64,000 nucleotides of DNA from Sedimentisphaerales bacterium (GTDB lineage: Bacteria; Planctomycetota; Phycisphaerae; Sedimentisphaerales; Anaerobacaceae). Every line of letters begins with the position of its first letter. Position 1 is the stretch's first letter. The notes under the pieces are model-generated. The model made no database searches, was not told where the DNA came from, and saw only the letters and a program-made list of their open reading frames with translations. The translations under genes were made by a program, and so were the position numbers. The DNA lies in NCBI GenBank assembly GCA_040772485.1, contig JAXGYC010000007.1:288001-352000 (forward strand), written 5' to 3'. Positions 34,807 to 45,812 of this stretch are shown one piece after another.

Positions 34807-36099
34807 TCAGAGCGCTCGGTTCAATTGCCGCTGGAGGTCCTTGAGGCGGTTCACCTCGTCAAAACCGAGACGAAAGATGGGGAAGGCGGTCTTGTTGTGC
34901 ATCAGAGGCTCATCCAGGTCCACCCACCGGCGGCAGGCCTCCCCGTCCGGCGTCCCGGGGATCGGCGAAAAATCCGCCAGCATGCCGCGGATGCCCAGGC
35001 TATGGACGAAGCGCATCGATTCCTCCAACTCCTGAAGATCGCTGTTCGGATGGCCCACGATCTGGTACGCGGTAATCGCGCTTGGATTGGCGCCGGCCGC
35101 CACCAGGTGGCGAACCGCCTGCGCCAACTCGTCGGAATGCACTTTGCCGCCGGTGCCCTGCTGCCACTGCGGCGAGTGGCTCTCAAAGCCCAGATAGAAC
35201 GTCTGGAAGCCGGCCCGGACCATCAGCCTTGCAAGGTCCGCCTGGATGAACCGCGCGTTCAATGCATTCGGGGTATGGAAATGAACGAGAATGCGCCGGC
35301 GCACCACCTCCTCCAGAAAAGGCGTCAGGATCGCACCTGCATCGAACAGCAACGCATCGTCATAGAACGCCACGTCGCGGACGCCGAGCGACACCAACAG
35401 CTCCAGTTCGGCGAGCGACCGTTCCAAAGACCGGGGCCGAAATCTCCTGTAGACCCTCGGGACCGAGCAGTACGTGCAGTGAAACGGGCATCCATCGCTG
35501 AGCTTCAGGGCGCCGACGGCCGGACGGTCGTACATCTCCCAGAGGCCCACCTGCCCCGCATCCGGCTCGGCCTCAAGAAAGCGCCACAAAGGATCGAGAT
35601 CGGTGCCCACGACACAGAGATCGGCGCCGAGGCCTTCGGCGTGGGCGGAACAGATCGTAACGTAGTTGCCACCCAGCACGATCCTGGCGCCGGGACAGGC
35701 CTGTCGGACATCCTCGGTGACCTCCCGGACGCCGGGATACCAGTAGCTCATCATCGTCTGAATCAGCACGAAGTCGAAACCGCCGCACCCCCTGAGGAAC
35801 TCCCGGAAACAGTCACGCGGCACGCCAAACCGCTGGAAGTAACGCGGGATCGCTTCGAGACAGGCGGGCTTGGCAACACGCTCCAAGCGGAACCGGCCGC
35901 GCCCCCAGCGGTCCGAATCTGACCGGCCCGTCTGCCCAAGCGAAGGATGCCGCCGGTCCAGGTAGTCGAACAGCACGAAATCGGCCTTGTCCCGCAGTTG
36001 GCCGGCTACGCAGAGCAGACCATAGGGCTTCAGCCAGAAATCGTAGGCCGCAAAGTCGTAAATGGGTGGATTGACTAAAAGAATCCGTGGACGTGCCAT
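34807..36099 (-). CDS. B12-binding radical SAM protein
   Basis: ILLVNPPIYDFAAYDFWLKPYGL, LGGNY, GCPFHCTYC, FYDDAL and HTPNAL. Confidence 0.9.
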   Translation of the reverse strand: MARPRILLVNPPIYDFAAYDFWLKPYGLLCVAGQLRDKADFVLFDYLDRRHPSLGQTGRSDSDRWGRGRFRLERVAKPACLEAIPRYFQRFGVPRDCFREFLRGCGGFDFVLIQTMMSYWYPGVREVTEDVRQACPGARIVLGGNYVTICSAHAEGLGADLCVVGTDLDPLWRFLEAEPDAGQVGLWEMYDRPAVGALKLSDGCPFHCTYCSVPRVYRRFRPRSLERSLAELELLVSLGVRDVAFYDDALLFDAGAILTPFLEEVVRRRILVHFHTPNALNARFIQADLARLMVRAGFQTFYLGFESHSPQWQQGTGGKVHSDELAQAVRHLVAAGANPSAITAYQIVGHPNSDLQELEESMRFVHSLGIRGMLADFSPIPGTPDGEACRRWVDLDEPLMHNKTAFPIFRLGFDEVNRLKDLQRQLNRAL

Positions 36100-36398
36100 C
36101 CTGACGGCTTGCTCGAATAAACACCAGATCTTGGCGCCCTGACGTCGAATCATTCCCGGCAGCACCTGTCGATCGCTCCGACGCCTTCCTGGGGCGCCGC
36201 CTCAGGCGCCAGCATAGGCTGGGGGACGGTCGCCCGTCAAGTGTCACGGTTCTCGCGTCGCCGTGGCAAGTCGCCCATAATCGTTGACCGAGCCTCTCTT
36301 TTTTGATAAGATGGGGATAATACGAAACATCGTCCAGCAGAATTGGGGCCGATAATACAGGCAACAGTACACAACCGATTTCAGCGAGAGAAGGCACA

Positions 36399-39300
36399 AT
36401 GAGGGTGCGGCGGAGAGTATTTGCACTGAGCGTGGGCGCGGTCCTTCTCTTGACCAGCGCGGTCCGGGCCATATGTCCGCCCGGCGATCTCAGTGGAGAC
36501 TGCCGGGTCGACGCGGTGGACTTGGCGATTATGGGTGATGCGTGGCTTGCTCCGCCCGACAGCCCGGCCGACCTGGACGGGGATGACAAGGTCGATCTGC
36601 ACGATTTCGGCCTCGTCGCCACCGACTGGCGAGCCCGAGGCATTCCCTTGTTCATCAACGAATTCCTCGCCTCCAATACAAGGACCAACGAAGATCCCCA
36701 GGGTGAAAATGACGACTGGGTGGAGATCCACAATGCAGGCGACGAGCCCATCGATATCGGGGGCATGTTCCTGACTGACGATCTCTCCATACCCCGAAAG
36801 TGGGAAATCCCGACCGACCAGCCGCAACTGACCACCGTTCCAGCCAAGGGCTATCTCCTGATCTGGGCCGACGGCGATGTTGCCGATGCTGGCCTGCATG
36901 CACCGTTCGGCCTCAGTTCGGACGGAGACGAGATCGCCCTGCTCGACCGGGACGGTGAGACAGTCATCGACCATATTGCCTTCGACGCGCAGCAGGCGGA
37001 CATCTCGTTCGGCCGACTGCCCGATGGCGGCAGCGCCTGGCAGCCGTTCGCCGAGCCGACGCCCGGAGCCGAGAACAAGGCGATCTACGAGGGATTTGTC
37101 GCCAGGCCCAATATCAGCCACGAGGCAGGATTCTACGACAGCGAAATCCTGGTGACGCTGAGCACGGAGACCGAAGACGCGGCTCTCTACTACACGACCG
37201 ACGGCAGCGAGCCGTATACCCTGGGAGGCCGATTCCCCAGTGGTCGCGTGTATTCCAGCCCCCTTCGCATTGCACAGACCACCTGCCTGCGCGTCCGAGC
37301 CATCAAGTCCGGCTGGAAACCCTCGCCCGTTGCGACACGGACGTATCTGTTCTTATCCGACGTGGTCAAGCAGACAGGCAGCATCGTTCAGCTCGGCTCC
37401 GGCTGGCCCGCCACCGGCAGCGTCAGCGGGCAGTCCATCGACTATGGCATGGACCCTGAGGTCGTCAACGATCCGCGGTACGCAGACCTCATGGACGACG
37501 CCCTGCAGGCTATCCCCTCGATTTCGCTCGTGACCGATCTGGCCAACCTCTTCGACCCCGCCACCGGCATCTACGTCCACGCCAGCGGCGCGGGACGCAC
37601 GTGGGAAAGACCCGTCTCGGTCGAGCTGCTGAATCCGGATGGAACGCAAGGCTTTCAGATCGACGCGGGCCTCCGCATTCGAGGCGGCTTCAGCCGCAGC
37701 GGCAGCAACCCCAAGCACGCGTTTCGACTCTTGTTCCGGCCGGAGTACGGTGGGGCGCTGGAGTATCCGCTTTTCGGCGACGAAGGAACCGACCGGTTCG
37801 AAAACGTGGACCTGCGAACCAGCCAGAACTACTCCTGGAGCTTCCAGGGAGACAGCCAGAACACCATGGTCCGCGAGGTCTTCTCCCGCGACCTCCAGGG
37901 TCAGATGGGACACGCTTACACCCGAAGCCGTTACTATCACCTCTACATCAACGGACAGTACTGGGGACTCTACCAGACCCAGGAGCGATCCGAAGCATCG
38001 TACGCCGAATCGTATTTCGGCGGCGATAAGGACGACTACGACGTGGTGAAGGCCGACACCAGCATCGGCCGGGCCATGATGGCCACGGACGGCGACATGG
38101 AGGCCTATCGGCGTCTGTACGACGCGGCGACAGCGGGTTTCAGCGACCATGCGCGGTACTGCCGCGCTCAGGGGCTCAACCCTGATGGAACCCCAAACCC
38201 GGACTACGAACGTTTGCTCGACGCAGACAATCTGATCGACTTCATGATCATTGATTACTACACAGGCGACCGGGACGGCCCGGGTTCGCGGTTCGGCAAT
38301 ATCCCGAACAACACCTATGCCATCTTCCACCGGGCCCGTCCGGACGGATGGAAGTGGTTCCAGCACGACAGCGAGCACACGCTGGGCGTCAGCAGCAGCG
38401 AGACCAACATGGTCACGCCGTTCACGATGGCCGGGGCCCAGTGGCGATACTTCAACCCGCAGTGGCTGCACGAACAGCTCGCCTCATCCAATGCCAACTA
38501 TCGAATGCGATTCGCCGACCATGTTTATCGCCACTTCTTCAATGGCGGCCTGTTGACGCCGGAGGCGTCGAGCACGCGAATTCTACGCCGCGCCGAGCAG
38601 ATCGAAATGGCGATCATCGCCGAGTCGGCGCGATGGGGTGATGCCAAACGGTCCCGCCCCTTCACGAAACAGGACTGGCAAAACGAGGTCAATCGAATCG
38701 TGAACAACTATCTGCCGGGTCGCACGCAGGTCGTCCTCAACCAGTTCAAGTCTGTTGGATGGTATCCGAATGTCGATCCGCCCACGTTCAGTCAGCACGG
38801 CGGGTATGTCGCCGGCGGATTCGAACTTCGAATGTCCGGACCGGGCGCCACCTTCTACTACACGCTGGACGGCTCCGACCCGCGTCTCATAACGGCCGGC
38901 GGCGCAAGTGCTGTCTCGCCCAGCGCGCGGCAATACACAGGTCATGTCGCACTGATGGAGAGCACCCAGATCAAGGTCCGCACACTCAGCGGCAATCAAT
39001 GGAGCGCCCTGAACGAAGCGGTCTTTGCCGTGGGCCCGGTGGCCGAGAGCCTGCGGATCAGCGAGATCATGTATCACCCGGCCGAGACGGGCCTTCCCGA
39101 CGACCCCAACACCGAGTATATTGAACTGACCAACATCGGTGCCGAGAGCATCAACCTCAGGTTGGCCAAGTTCACCAACGGCGTCGACTTCACGTTCCCC
39201 AGCGTCGAACTGACGCCGGGCGAATATGTCGTCGTGGTCAAAGACGTAGCGGCCTTCGAGGGCAAGTACGGGCGGGGTCTGCCCGTGGTGGGATCGTACA

Positions 39301-39623
39301 GCGGCAGCCTCGACAACGCAGGCGAACGGGTAGAACTCCAGGACGCCGCCGGACAGGTCATTTGCAGCTTCCGGTATCGAGACGGCTGGTATGAGAGCAC
39401 CGACGGCGCGGGCTTCTCGCTAACCGTCAGGAACCCTGTCACAGCCGAGCCGAACAACCTCGGCGACAAAGAACTCTGGCGGCCGAGCAATGGCCTGGGC
39501 GGCTCGCCGGGCTACAGCGACACCGACATGGCAACCATCTCGTACGAAGCAGAACGAGCACACGGCCCATGTCATCTTGGCGGGTGCGGCACCCCCGCCG
39601 ACAAGACGCAGACAGAGGGATAG
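36399..39623 (+). CDS. Secreted CotH-kinase/lamin-tail-domain protein with a dockerin-like N-terminus
   Basis: Signal peptide, GDLSGDCRVD..DL repeat pair, LTD motifs (INEFLASN, DWVEIHN; ISEIMYHP, EYIELTN), CotH-like GLRIRG...K and HLYINGQYWGLY..ER. Confidence 0.8.
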   Translation: MRVRRRVFALSVGAVLLLTSAVRAICPPGDLSGDCRVDAVDLAIMGDAWLAPPDSPADLDGDDKVDLHDFGLVATDWRARGIPLFINEFLASNTRTNEDPQGENDDWVEIHNAGDEPIDIGGMFLTDDLSIPRKWEIPTDQPQLTTVPAKGYLLIWADGDVADAGLHAPFGLSSDGDEIALLDRDGETVIDHIAFDAQQADISFGRLPDGGSAWQPFAEPTPGAENKAIYEGFVARPNISHEAGFYDSEILVTLSTETEDAALYYTTDGSEPYTLGGRFPSGRVYSSPLRIAQTTCLRVRAIKSGWKPSPVATRTYLFLSDVVKQTGSIVQLGSGWPATGSVSGQSIDYGMDPEVVNDPRYADLMDDALQAIPSISLVTDLANLFDPATGIYVHASGAGRTWERPVSVELLNPDGTQGFQIDAGLRIRGGFSRSGSNPKHAFRLLFRPEYGGALEYPLFGDEGTDRFENVDLRTSQNYSWSFQGDSQNTMVREVFSRDLQGQMGHAYTRSRYYHLYINGQYWGLYQTQERSEASYAESYFGGDKDDYDVVKADTSIGRAMMATDGDMEAYRRLYDAATAGFSDHARYCRAQGLNPDGTPNPDYERLLDADNLIDFMIIDYYTGDRDGPGSRFGNIPNNTYAIFHRARPDGWKWFQHDSEHTLGVSSSETNMVTPFTMAGAQWRYFNPQWLHEQLASSNANYRMRFADHVYRHFFNGGLLTPEASSTRILRRAEQIEMAIIAESARWGDAKRSRPFTKQDWQNEVNRIVNNYLPGRTQVVLNQFKSVGWYPNVDPPTFSQHGGYVAGGFELRMSGPGATFYYTLDGSDPRLITAGGASAVSPSARQYTGHVALMESTQIKVRTLSGNQWSALNEAVFAVGPVAESLRISEIMYHPAETGLPDDPNTEYIELTNIGAESINLRLAKFTNGVDFTFPSVELTPGEYVVVVKDVAAFEGKYGRGLPVVGSYSGSLDNAGERVELQDAAGQVICSFRYRDGWYESTDGAGFSLTVRNPVTAEPNNLGDKELWRPSNGLGGSPGYSDTDMATISYEAERAHGPCHLGGCGTPADKTQTEG

Positions 39624-39640
39624 GCAAGGTCAAGGGAATA

Positions 39641-40864
39641 ATGGCACGAACGAGTTTCACAGTTGTTGTTCTGATATTCGGCGTCTGCGGATTCGCCCCC
39701 GCGCAGTGCCCGAGCGGAGATCTGAACGGAGACTGCCGGGTGGACTGGCTGGACCTCGGGCTTCTCGCGGCGCAGTGGCTGAGCGAGCCCAATGGCATCG
39801 ACGATCTGCACGGTGACGCCCTCGTGGGTATGACGGACCTGGGCGTACTGGCGAACCACTGGCGTCAGACGGGATGCCCCATCGTCATCAACGAGCTGCT
39901 GGCCCACTCCCACGACGTGGCGCCGGATTGGATCGAGTTGCACAACGTCAGCTCGATCCCCGTCGACATCGGCGGATGGTTTCTCAGCGACAGCAGGAAC
40001 GATCTCTGCGAGTACCGCATCGCCGAGGGAACGATCGTCGAACCCAACGGCTATGTCCTCTTCCATGAGAACGAGCACTTCGGCAATCCCCTGGACCCCG
40101 GCGCGCTGTCGCCCTTCAAGATGAGCGAGAACGGCGAGTCGCTGTACCTGTACTCCGACAACGACGAGCGCTTCGGCCAGTGCCTGGTGCAGGCGCGTTT
40201 CGGCGCATCGGAGACGGGAGTCTCGTTCGGCCGGCATCTCAAGAGCACGGGGACCTCCGGCTTCGTCATGATGAGCGTGCCCACGCCCGGACAGGCCAAT
40301 GCCTATCCGCTGGTGGGTCCCGTGGTGATCAACGAGATCATGTACCGCCCCGCCGGAGACGGAGACGCCGAGTACGTCGAGCTACTGAACATCAGTCACG
40401 ATCCCGTCACATTTTTCGACTTCAATACTCTGCTGCCCTGGCGGTTCCGTGACAACAGTGGCATCGAGTTCGCCTTTCCGTCGGACCTTCCGGTGACACT
40501 TCAGGCAGGCGAGCACCTGCTGCTGGTTCGCAACGAGGCGCTGGTCCGCCGGTCCTTCCACGTTCCGACCAACGTACAGATCCTGCAATGGGGCTCCGGC
40601 AGGCTGGCCAACAGCGGTGAGACGATCCAACTGCTCAAGCCCGGTGACGTGGACGAAGCCGGCACGCGGTACTGGATCGAGGTCGAGTCCATCACCTACA
40701 GCGACGGATCGCACCCGGAGGCGTTCGACGACGGGATCGACCGCTGGCCCCCCGGGGCGGACGGCCAGGGACTGTCACTGAACCGCCTCTTTCCGTTCCG
40801 CTACGGCGACGATCCAAACAACTGGCATGCGACCATCGTCACCCCGGGGTCGGCAAACGATTAG
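39641..40864 (+). CDS. Secreted double lamin-tail-domain protein with a dockerin-like N-terminus
   Basis: CPSGDLNGDCRVD, VINELLAH..DWIELHN and VVINEIMY..EYVELLN. Confidence 0.8.
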   Translation: MARTSFTVVVLIFGVCGFAPAQCPSGDLNGDCRVDWLDLGLLAAQWLSEPNGIDDLHGDALVGMTDLGVLANHWRQTGCPIVINELLAHSHDVAPDWIELHNVSSIPVDIGGWFLSDSRNDLCEYRIAEGTIVEPNGYVLFHENEHFGNPLDPGALSPFKMSENGESLYLYSDNDERFGQCLVQARFGASETGVSFGRHLKSTGTSGFVMMSVPTPGQANAYPLVGPVVINEIMYRPAGDGDAEYVELLNISHDPVTFFDFNTLLPWRFRDNSGIEFAFPSDLPVTLQAGEHLLLVRNEALVRRSFHVPTNVQILQWGSGRLANSGETIQLLKPGDVDEAGTRYWIEVESITYSDGSHPEAFDDGIDRWPPGADGQGLSLNRLFPFRYGDDPNNWHATIVTPGSAND

Positions 40865-40897
40865 ACTCTCAGAACGGCTGTCCTCTCCGCGCGTCGG

Positions 40898-41950
40898 TCA
40901 ACAAGCTGCCTGGGACGGGGAACTCAGAGACGAAGGCGGCGACAGGGAAACGATCTCGACCGCTTGTTCATCACGATCGGGCAGAACCGCCGATGTCTCG
41001 CCGGTCCCAATTCGTTCTTCCTTTGGACGGGACTTCCAGCGGCGGTGCAGCCACCAGTATTGCGTCGGGTCCTCTCGCACGAATGCCTCGATCGCCCTGG
41101 TGTACTCGGCGGTAATCCACTTGAGCGGATCATCCTTGTCCGCCCACTCCTGCGGGAAGATGATCCGGGTTACCCCTATCTCGAAGAAGAACCGGTTGCC
41201 GACACGACGGCTGTAACCGACCACGATCGGCAGGTTGTAGGTCAGAGCGACCAGACCGATGCTCTTGTACGTGCTCGCTTTGCGCCCGAAGAAGTCGACG
41301 AAGACACCCTTCTTGCCGGCGTCCTGATCGGCGATGAACCCGAGCGTGCTGCCGCGGGCGACAATCTGCGGCATTAACTCGGCGGCCCCCTTCTTGTCGA
41401 TGATCTTCTGACCGCGACGCTCCCGAACGCCGTAGAGAAACCGGTTCAGGTACTTGTTGTCGAGCGGCCGGGCGATGCTGTAGAGGTTGAAGCCGAACAG
41501 GCCCATCAGATAGCCGGTAATCTCAAAGTTGCTGTAGTGCCCGGTGACCATGAGCAGCCCTTTGCGCTCCTGCATGAGCCACTTGGCGTGCTCGGCGTTC
41601 TTGTATCGCGAATACTCCCGCCAGTTGTATTTCTTCACCAGCCGCGGGGTGAACAGCACGTCGATCGTCAGCATGACGATCTGCTCGAAGCTGCGCCGGC
41701 CTGTCTGCCAGATCCACTCTTCGGACTGGCTCGGGAAGCTGGCGCGGAGGTTCTCCAGCGCACGCTGGCGGCCTCGGTGGTAGTGCTTCCAGAGAAGGCG
41801 CCCGAGGAAGCAGGCAAACCGGAGATTGGTCTCGACATCGAAGAGGTACAGGAAGACGACCAGAATCCGGACGGCCACATAGAGCAGCCAGTCCAGCACT
41901 GGATGAGGTTTCTTCTTCGGTCGTTTCTTGGTCAGACGCCCATCAGTCAT
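40898..41950 (-). CDS. Lipid A/lysophospholipid acyltransferase (LpxL/HtrB family)
   Basis: TGHYSNFE, ADQD, VDFFG and PTQYWWLHRRWK. Confidence 0.88.
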   Translation of the reverse strand: MTDGRLTKKRPKKKPHPVLDWLLYVAVRILVVFLYLFDVETNLRFACFLGRLLWKHYHRGRQRALENLRASFPSQSEEWIWQTGRRSFEQIVMLTIDVLFTPRLVKKYNWREYSRYKNAEHAKWLMQERKGLLMVTGHYSNFEITGYLMGLFGFNLYSIARPLDNKYLNRFLYGVRERRGQKIIDKKGAAELMPQIVARGSTLGFIADQDAGKKGVFVDFFGRKASTYKSIGLVALTYNLPIVVGYSRRVGNRFFFEIGVTRIIFPQEWADKDDPLKWITAEYTRAIEAFVREDPTQYWWLHRRWKSRPKEERIGTGETSAVLPDRDEQAVEIVSLSPPSSLSSPSQAAC

Positions 41951-42047
41951 CAGGCCCATTTTACGCCGGAAACGGCCGATGTCAAGAAATGCCTCCCGTG
42001 AGGCATCCGCGCACCCCGGAACGACCCTCCTGCGGCCGGCGGCGTGC

Positions 42048-45000
42048 TCATTGCCCGTAGGCGGTATTGCGGGGCGCCAACGAAGCCTCCGCCGTGCCGC
42101 CGTATGCGCCCATGTTAATCCGCCCGTTCACGGCCCGTTCGCTCCGCGGATCGCCGACCTCGCAGGACGCCTCCTGCCCCAGCGGCGTGGACGGGTCGCC
42201 CGCGTCGATGCACGGACTGGTCTGGTCGCCCCACGTCCACGAACCCTGGAGAGTATCCCAGAACCAGCCTTCACTGCCGAGGTGGTAATCGCCCGGCGTC
42301 CAGACCGCATCAAGCCCTGACGACTCGGACCACTGGCCGCGGGCGACGAACAGCGGATCGGCATCGATATTCCCCTCGCCGGGCCAACCGCCCTGGATGT
42401 CGCAATACGTGACCGTTGCCTGCTGGCGAGAGTCCAGGTTCACACCGTCGTCATTGTTGAAGTAGACAATGCAGTTGGTCAGGACCGGCGCCACGCAGGA
42501 CACGCCAAGGCCGAAATTGTCGGCAATCGTGCAGTTCACCAGGTTTGGATACCCGCCCAGGACGCCGCCTTCACGGTTGCCGGTGATCAGGCAATTCGTG
42601 AAGGTGCCGTAGTTGCGCTGGATGCGCCGCCCGCTGACGTCGGCCCACATCTCCATGCCGATGCGGTTGGCCGAGATATCGCAACCGGTCACCGCCGGCT
42701 CGGCGCCGCCCCAGACCTTGATGCCGGCGGCGCAGTTGTCCACGACGTCGCAGTGGCTTATTGTCGGCTTCGACCCGTTACAGACGATCCCGAAGGTGCC
42801 GCCGGCAACCGTGAATCCCGTGAACAGGCTCTCGGCGGTCTCCCCGTCGGCGAACGTAACCAGCGGACCCGCACCGGCAATGACAGTAGCCGCCCGGACA
42901 GCCGGGTCCTCGGGATCCGACGAGGTGATCGTCACCTTCCTGCCGGCGAAGCGTATCTTCTCATCGTACACCCCCGGCTGGAGGAGAATCACGTCGCCGT
43001 CCTGGGCCCTGGCGATCGCATGCTGGATATAGTCGTGGTGACTGCCCGAGGTGGCATTCTCGATGGGACCGTTCATCAGCGAATAGCCGAAATCCAGGCG
43101 AATCCCTGTGATCTGGTAGTTGTACACCCACGTGATCGTCGAGCCACTGACTTCGGGGCCGCCTCCGTAGGGGTAGTCGGGCAGATAGAAGTCGACGATG
43201 CCGTATTCTCTCGTAACGCAGCACATTCGGATGTTGCCACTCCAGGCGTCTCCCACGGAATAAACGATCGTGGGACCGTCGATGTCCGCCTGCAACTGCC
43301 AGCCGCCCTCGACCGCGACCTCGAACTCACGAACTTGGTTCGGGTCCGAGATGTCGGCGCCGTAGATGTCGCCGATGTCGTTGCGCTCGTCGGTCCATAC
43401 AACCAAGTTTCCCGAGACCGCTGGATCGTACTGCCGCTCGGCCGCCGTGCAGATCGGGAAAGTCCGGATACCGCTCAGGTCGGAGATGTCGGCACCGTAG
43501 ATGTCGCCGTTGGCTTCCCAGACGACGATATCACCACAGATGTCGACGAATCCCTCGTGGGCCTCGGTGTAGTTGTCGAAAGGATACGGCACGCCCTGTC
43601 CGACCTCCTCGGCAATGGTGAAGTAGACCGGATGGGCAAGATCCGTTACGTCCGCCCCACAGATGTCGTACGTCGACTCCAGATATCGCGTCTCATTCGA
43701 GGTGTCTACGTTGCGATGCCTGAGCCAGACCACCTTGTTTCCCGACACGGCCGGATAGCCGTAGGACTCGGTTTGCGTGGCCCGCCGCAGCGCAACGCTC
43801 TCGCCGGTGACCATATCGGCAAGGTAGACGCTCGTACAGATCGGGTCGTAGTAGGAACCGGAGCCACTGGCCCAGACGACAAGGCTTCCGTCGATCTTGG
43901 GCTTGGTGTTCACCGTTCCCGTGTCGAACGTCCGGAACACGCCGGTCTGGGCATCCGCACAGAAAACCTGCCAACTGGAAGGATCATAGTCCTCAAATCC
44001 GACATACGCTACGCTGGTGCCGGAGACAGCAGGATAGAAGAAGTAGCCGTCCGCATCCTGCGTGACCGCGAATGGTTCTGCACTCCGCGTGAACGGCGCT
44101 GCCTCAATCTTGACCACGTCCGGTTCGCTGTCGACGAAGCCGTCGTCGACGGTCAACTCGAACGCATAGATGCCGGCCTGTTCGCACAGGAAATAGGGCG
44201 TTGCGGAATCCGGCTCCAGCAGTTCGACCGGCGGACCCTCGAGCTGCTTCCACGTGTAGATCAGCTCATCCGGCGGATCGGCATCGGCGGACTTGGAACC
44301 ATCGAGCATGGCTCCTCCCGGGGCTTCCCACAAGCTGTTCGAGCCCGCGTCGGCCACCGGACGCTCGTTGCCCACCACGACGAGCACCGTGTCCGGGGCG
44401 CTGGTATACTGCCCATCGGCAACCACCAGGTCGAACCTATACCAGCCCTCGGCCGGCGGCGTGAAGACCGGTCGGCCTGCCGCCGCATCGTCGAGTTCCA
44501 CCTCCGCCCCCAGCGTCTGAGTCCACTGGAAGCTCGTCGGGCCGGCAGGATCGGAGAAGTAGCTGCCTGTCCCATCCAGGGTGACGGGCTCGGGAGTCAG
44601 GATATGATGATCGTCGCCGGCGTAGGCCAAAGGCTTGACGTAGCCGACGTGCTCATCGGCCCCGATATCCACACGCAGCGCGTAAACCCGAGGCTCGCCA
44701 TCGATGTCCGTCTCGCCCGGACGCGGGACGAAATTCGGGTCTCCGGCACTGACACAGGGAGAGCTGGGGTCCAGATGATATCGCTTGCTCCAGGAGGTCA
44801 GGAAGACGGGGTCCTGGCTGAGATTGCCGTGGCGTCCGGTCCAGTCGGCCTCTTGCCCAATGATGTCCTCGTACGTGCGAGGGTCTTGCGTGACATAGTT
44901 GCTCGGCGTGTTGCCCCATACGTTGTTGAACCGAATCGCATCGCGGCTGGCACGAATCCAGTACAGCCCCCCTCCGCTCTTGGCGTTGCAGATGAGGTTG

Positions 45001-45812
45001 TTCGCTACCGTCAGAAGCGCGTAGTCATACTGGAACGACGCGACCACGTTGCCGCCGCGACCGGATTCGGGTTCCAGATCGGCATTGTTGCCCACGATCG
45101 TGTTGTTCACGAGTGAGCCGGCGTAGATGTAGACGCCCCCGCCGTAAGCCGAGGTATTGTTATAGATGAGGTTGTTGGTGACCGTCGCATATCCGCCGGC
45201 ATAGACTCCACCACCGCTCTCGGCCGAGTTGTTGTAGATCACGTTGTGGCTGATGATGGCCGAGCCCGAGCAGTAAATCCCGCCCCCGTCGGACCACTCG
45301 TATCTGTATGTGATATACCGTCCACCGTCCACTTGCACTTCCACCTGCTCTCGGGAGTAGGGTGCGACATTGTTCGTGATCACGTTGCGCGTGATGGTCG
45401 GTGAAGCCCCGCCCCTGCACATGATGCCGGCGCCGCACGTAGAACTATAGTAGTCATAGGAGTATATCAGTGTGCCGGTTCCGCCGGTGATCGTGAAGCC
45501 CGTCAGGACGGCCGCGTTGGTCTCGCGGTTCTCAAAGGTCACGACGCTTCCTTCTCCGTCCCCGTTGAGAATCGTGTACCCGACAATCCTCGAATCGTTC
45601 GGGTCCGTGCTGGTCACGACGATGTTCCTGCCGTTGAAGTTGATCCTCTCGAAATAGAGGCCGGGGGCGACGATCACGGTGTCGCCGTCGGTGCTGGCAT
45701 CGATCGCCTGCTGGATCGATGAATACTCGCTGGGCACGTTGCGAATCGTGGCAACGGCCGGACAACTTGCCAGGGCAACTACGACAAGACTTACGGAAAT
45801 CAAACGTCTCAT
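42048..45812 (-). CDS. Large secreted protein with right-handed beta-helix, PKD-like and beta-propeller-like repeats
   Basis: Signal peptide; YSSIQQAID...PGLY.E.I.F.G twice; GGG beta-helix repeats; LDG..S...QW.Q..G PKD-like units; P.VSG..VVW repeats; SPCIDAGDP...RINMGAYG. Confidence 0.8.
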   Translation of the reverse strand: MRRLISVSLVVVALASCPAVATIRNVPSEYSSIQQAIDASTDGDTVIVAPGLYFERINFNGRNIVVTSTDPNDSRIVGYTILNGDGEGSVVTFENRETNAAVLTGFTITGGTGTLIYSYDYYSSTCGAGIMCRGGASPTITRNVITNNVAPYSREQVEVQVDGGRYITYRYEWSDGGGIYCSGSAIISHNVIYNNSAESGGGVYAGGYATVTNNLIYNNTSAYGGGVYIYAGSLVNNTIVGNNADLEPESGRGGNVVASFQYDYALLTVANNLICNAKSGGGLYWIRASRDAIRFNNVWGNTPSNYVTQDPRTYEDIIGQEADWTGRHGNLSQDPVFLTSWSKRYHLDPSSPCVSAGDPNFVPRPGETDIDGEPRVYALRVDIGADEHVGYVKPLAYAGDDHHILTPEPVTLDGTGSYFSDPAGPTSFQWTQTLGAEVELDDAAAGRPVFTPPAEGWYRFDLVVADGQYTSAPDTVLVVVGNERPVADAGSNSLWEAPGGAMLDGSKSADADPPDELIYTWKQLEGPPVELLEPDSATPYFLCEQAGIYAFELTVDDGFVDSEPDVVKIEAAPFTRSAEPFAVTQDADGYFFYPAVSGTSVAYVGFEDYDPSSWQVFCADAQTGVFRTFDTGTVNTKPKIDGSLVVWASGSGSYYDPICTSVYLADMVTGESVALRRATQTESYGYPAVSGNKVVWLRHRNVDTSNETRYLESTYDICGADVTDLAHPVYFTIAEEVGQGVPYPFDNYTEAHEGFVDICGDIVVWEANGDIYGADISDLSGIRTFPICTAAERQYDPAVSGNLVVWTDERNDIGDIYGADISDPNQVREFEVAVEGGWQLQADIDGPTIVYSVGDAWSGNIRMCCVTREYGIVDFYLPDYPYGGGPEVSGSTITWVYNYQITGIRLDFGYSLMNGPIENATSGSHHDYIQHAIARAQDGDVILLQPGVYDEKIRFAGRKVTITSSDPEDPAVRAATVIAGAGPLVTFADGETAESLFTGFTVAGGTFGIVCNGSKPTISHCDVVDNCAAGIKVWGGAEPAVTGCDISANRIGMEMWADVSGRRIQRNYGTFTNCLITGNREGGVLGGYPNLVNCTIADNFGLGVSCVAPVLTNCIVYFNNDDGVNLDSRQQATVTYCDIQGGWPGEGNIDADPLFVARGQWSESSGLDAVWTPGDYHLGSEGWFWDTLQGSWTWGDQTSPCIDAGDPSTPLGQEASCEVGDPRSERAVNGRINMGAYGGTAEASLAPRNTAYGQ

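Noticed and set aside
34010..36099. RiPP cluster of a GPGGG repeat precursor plus the B12 radical SAM enzyme
   Set aside because: The radical SAM gene is outside the att repeat and was the host neighbour of miaB, so the adjacency results from the insertion. No peptidase or transporter is linked.
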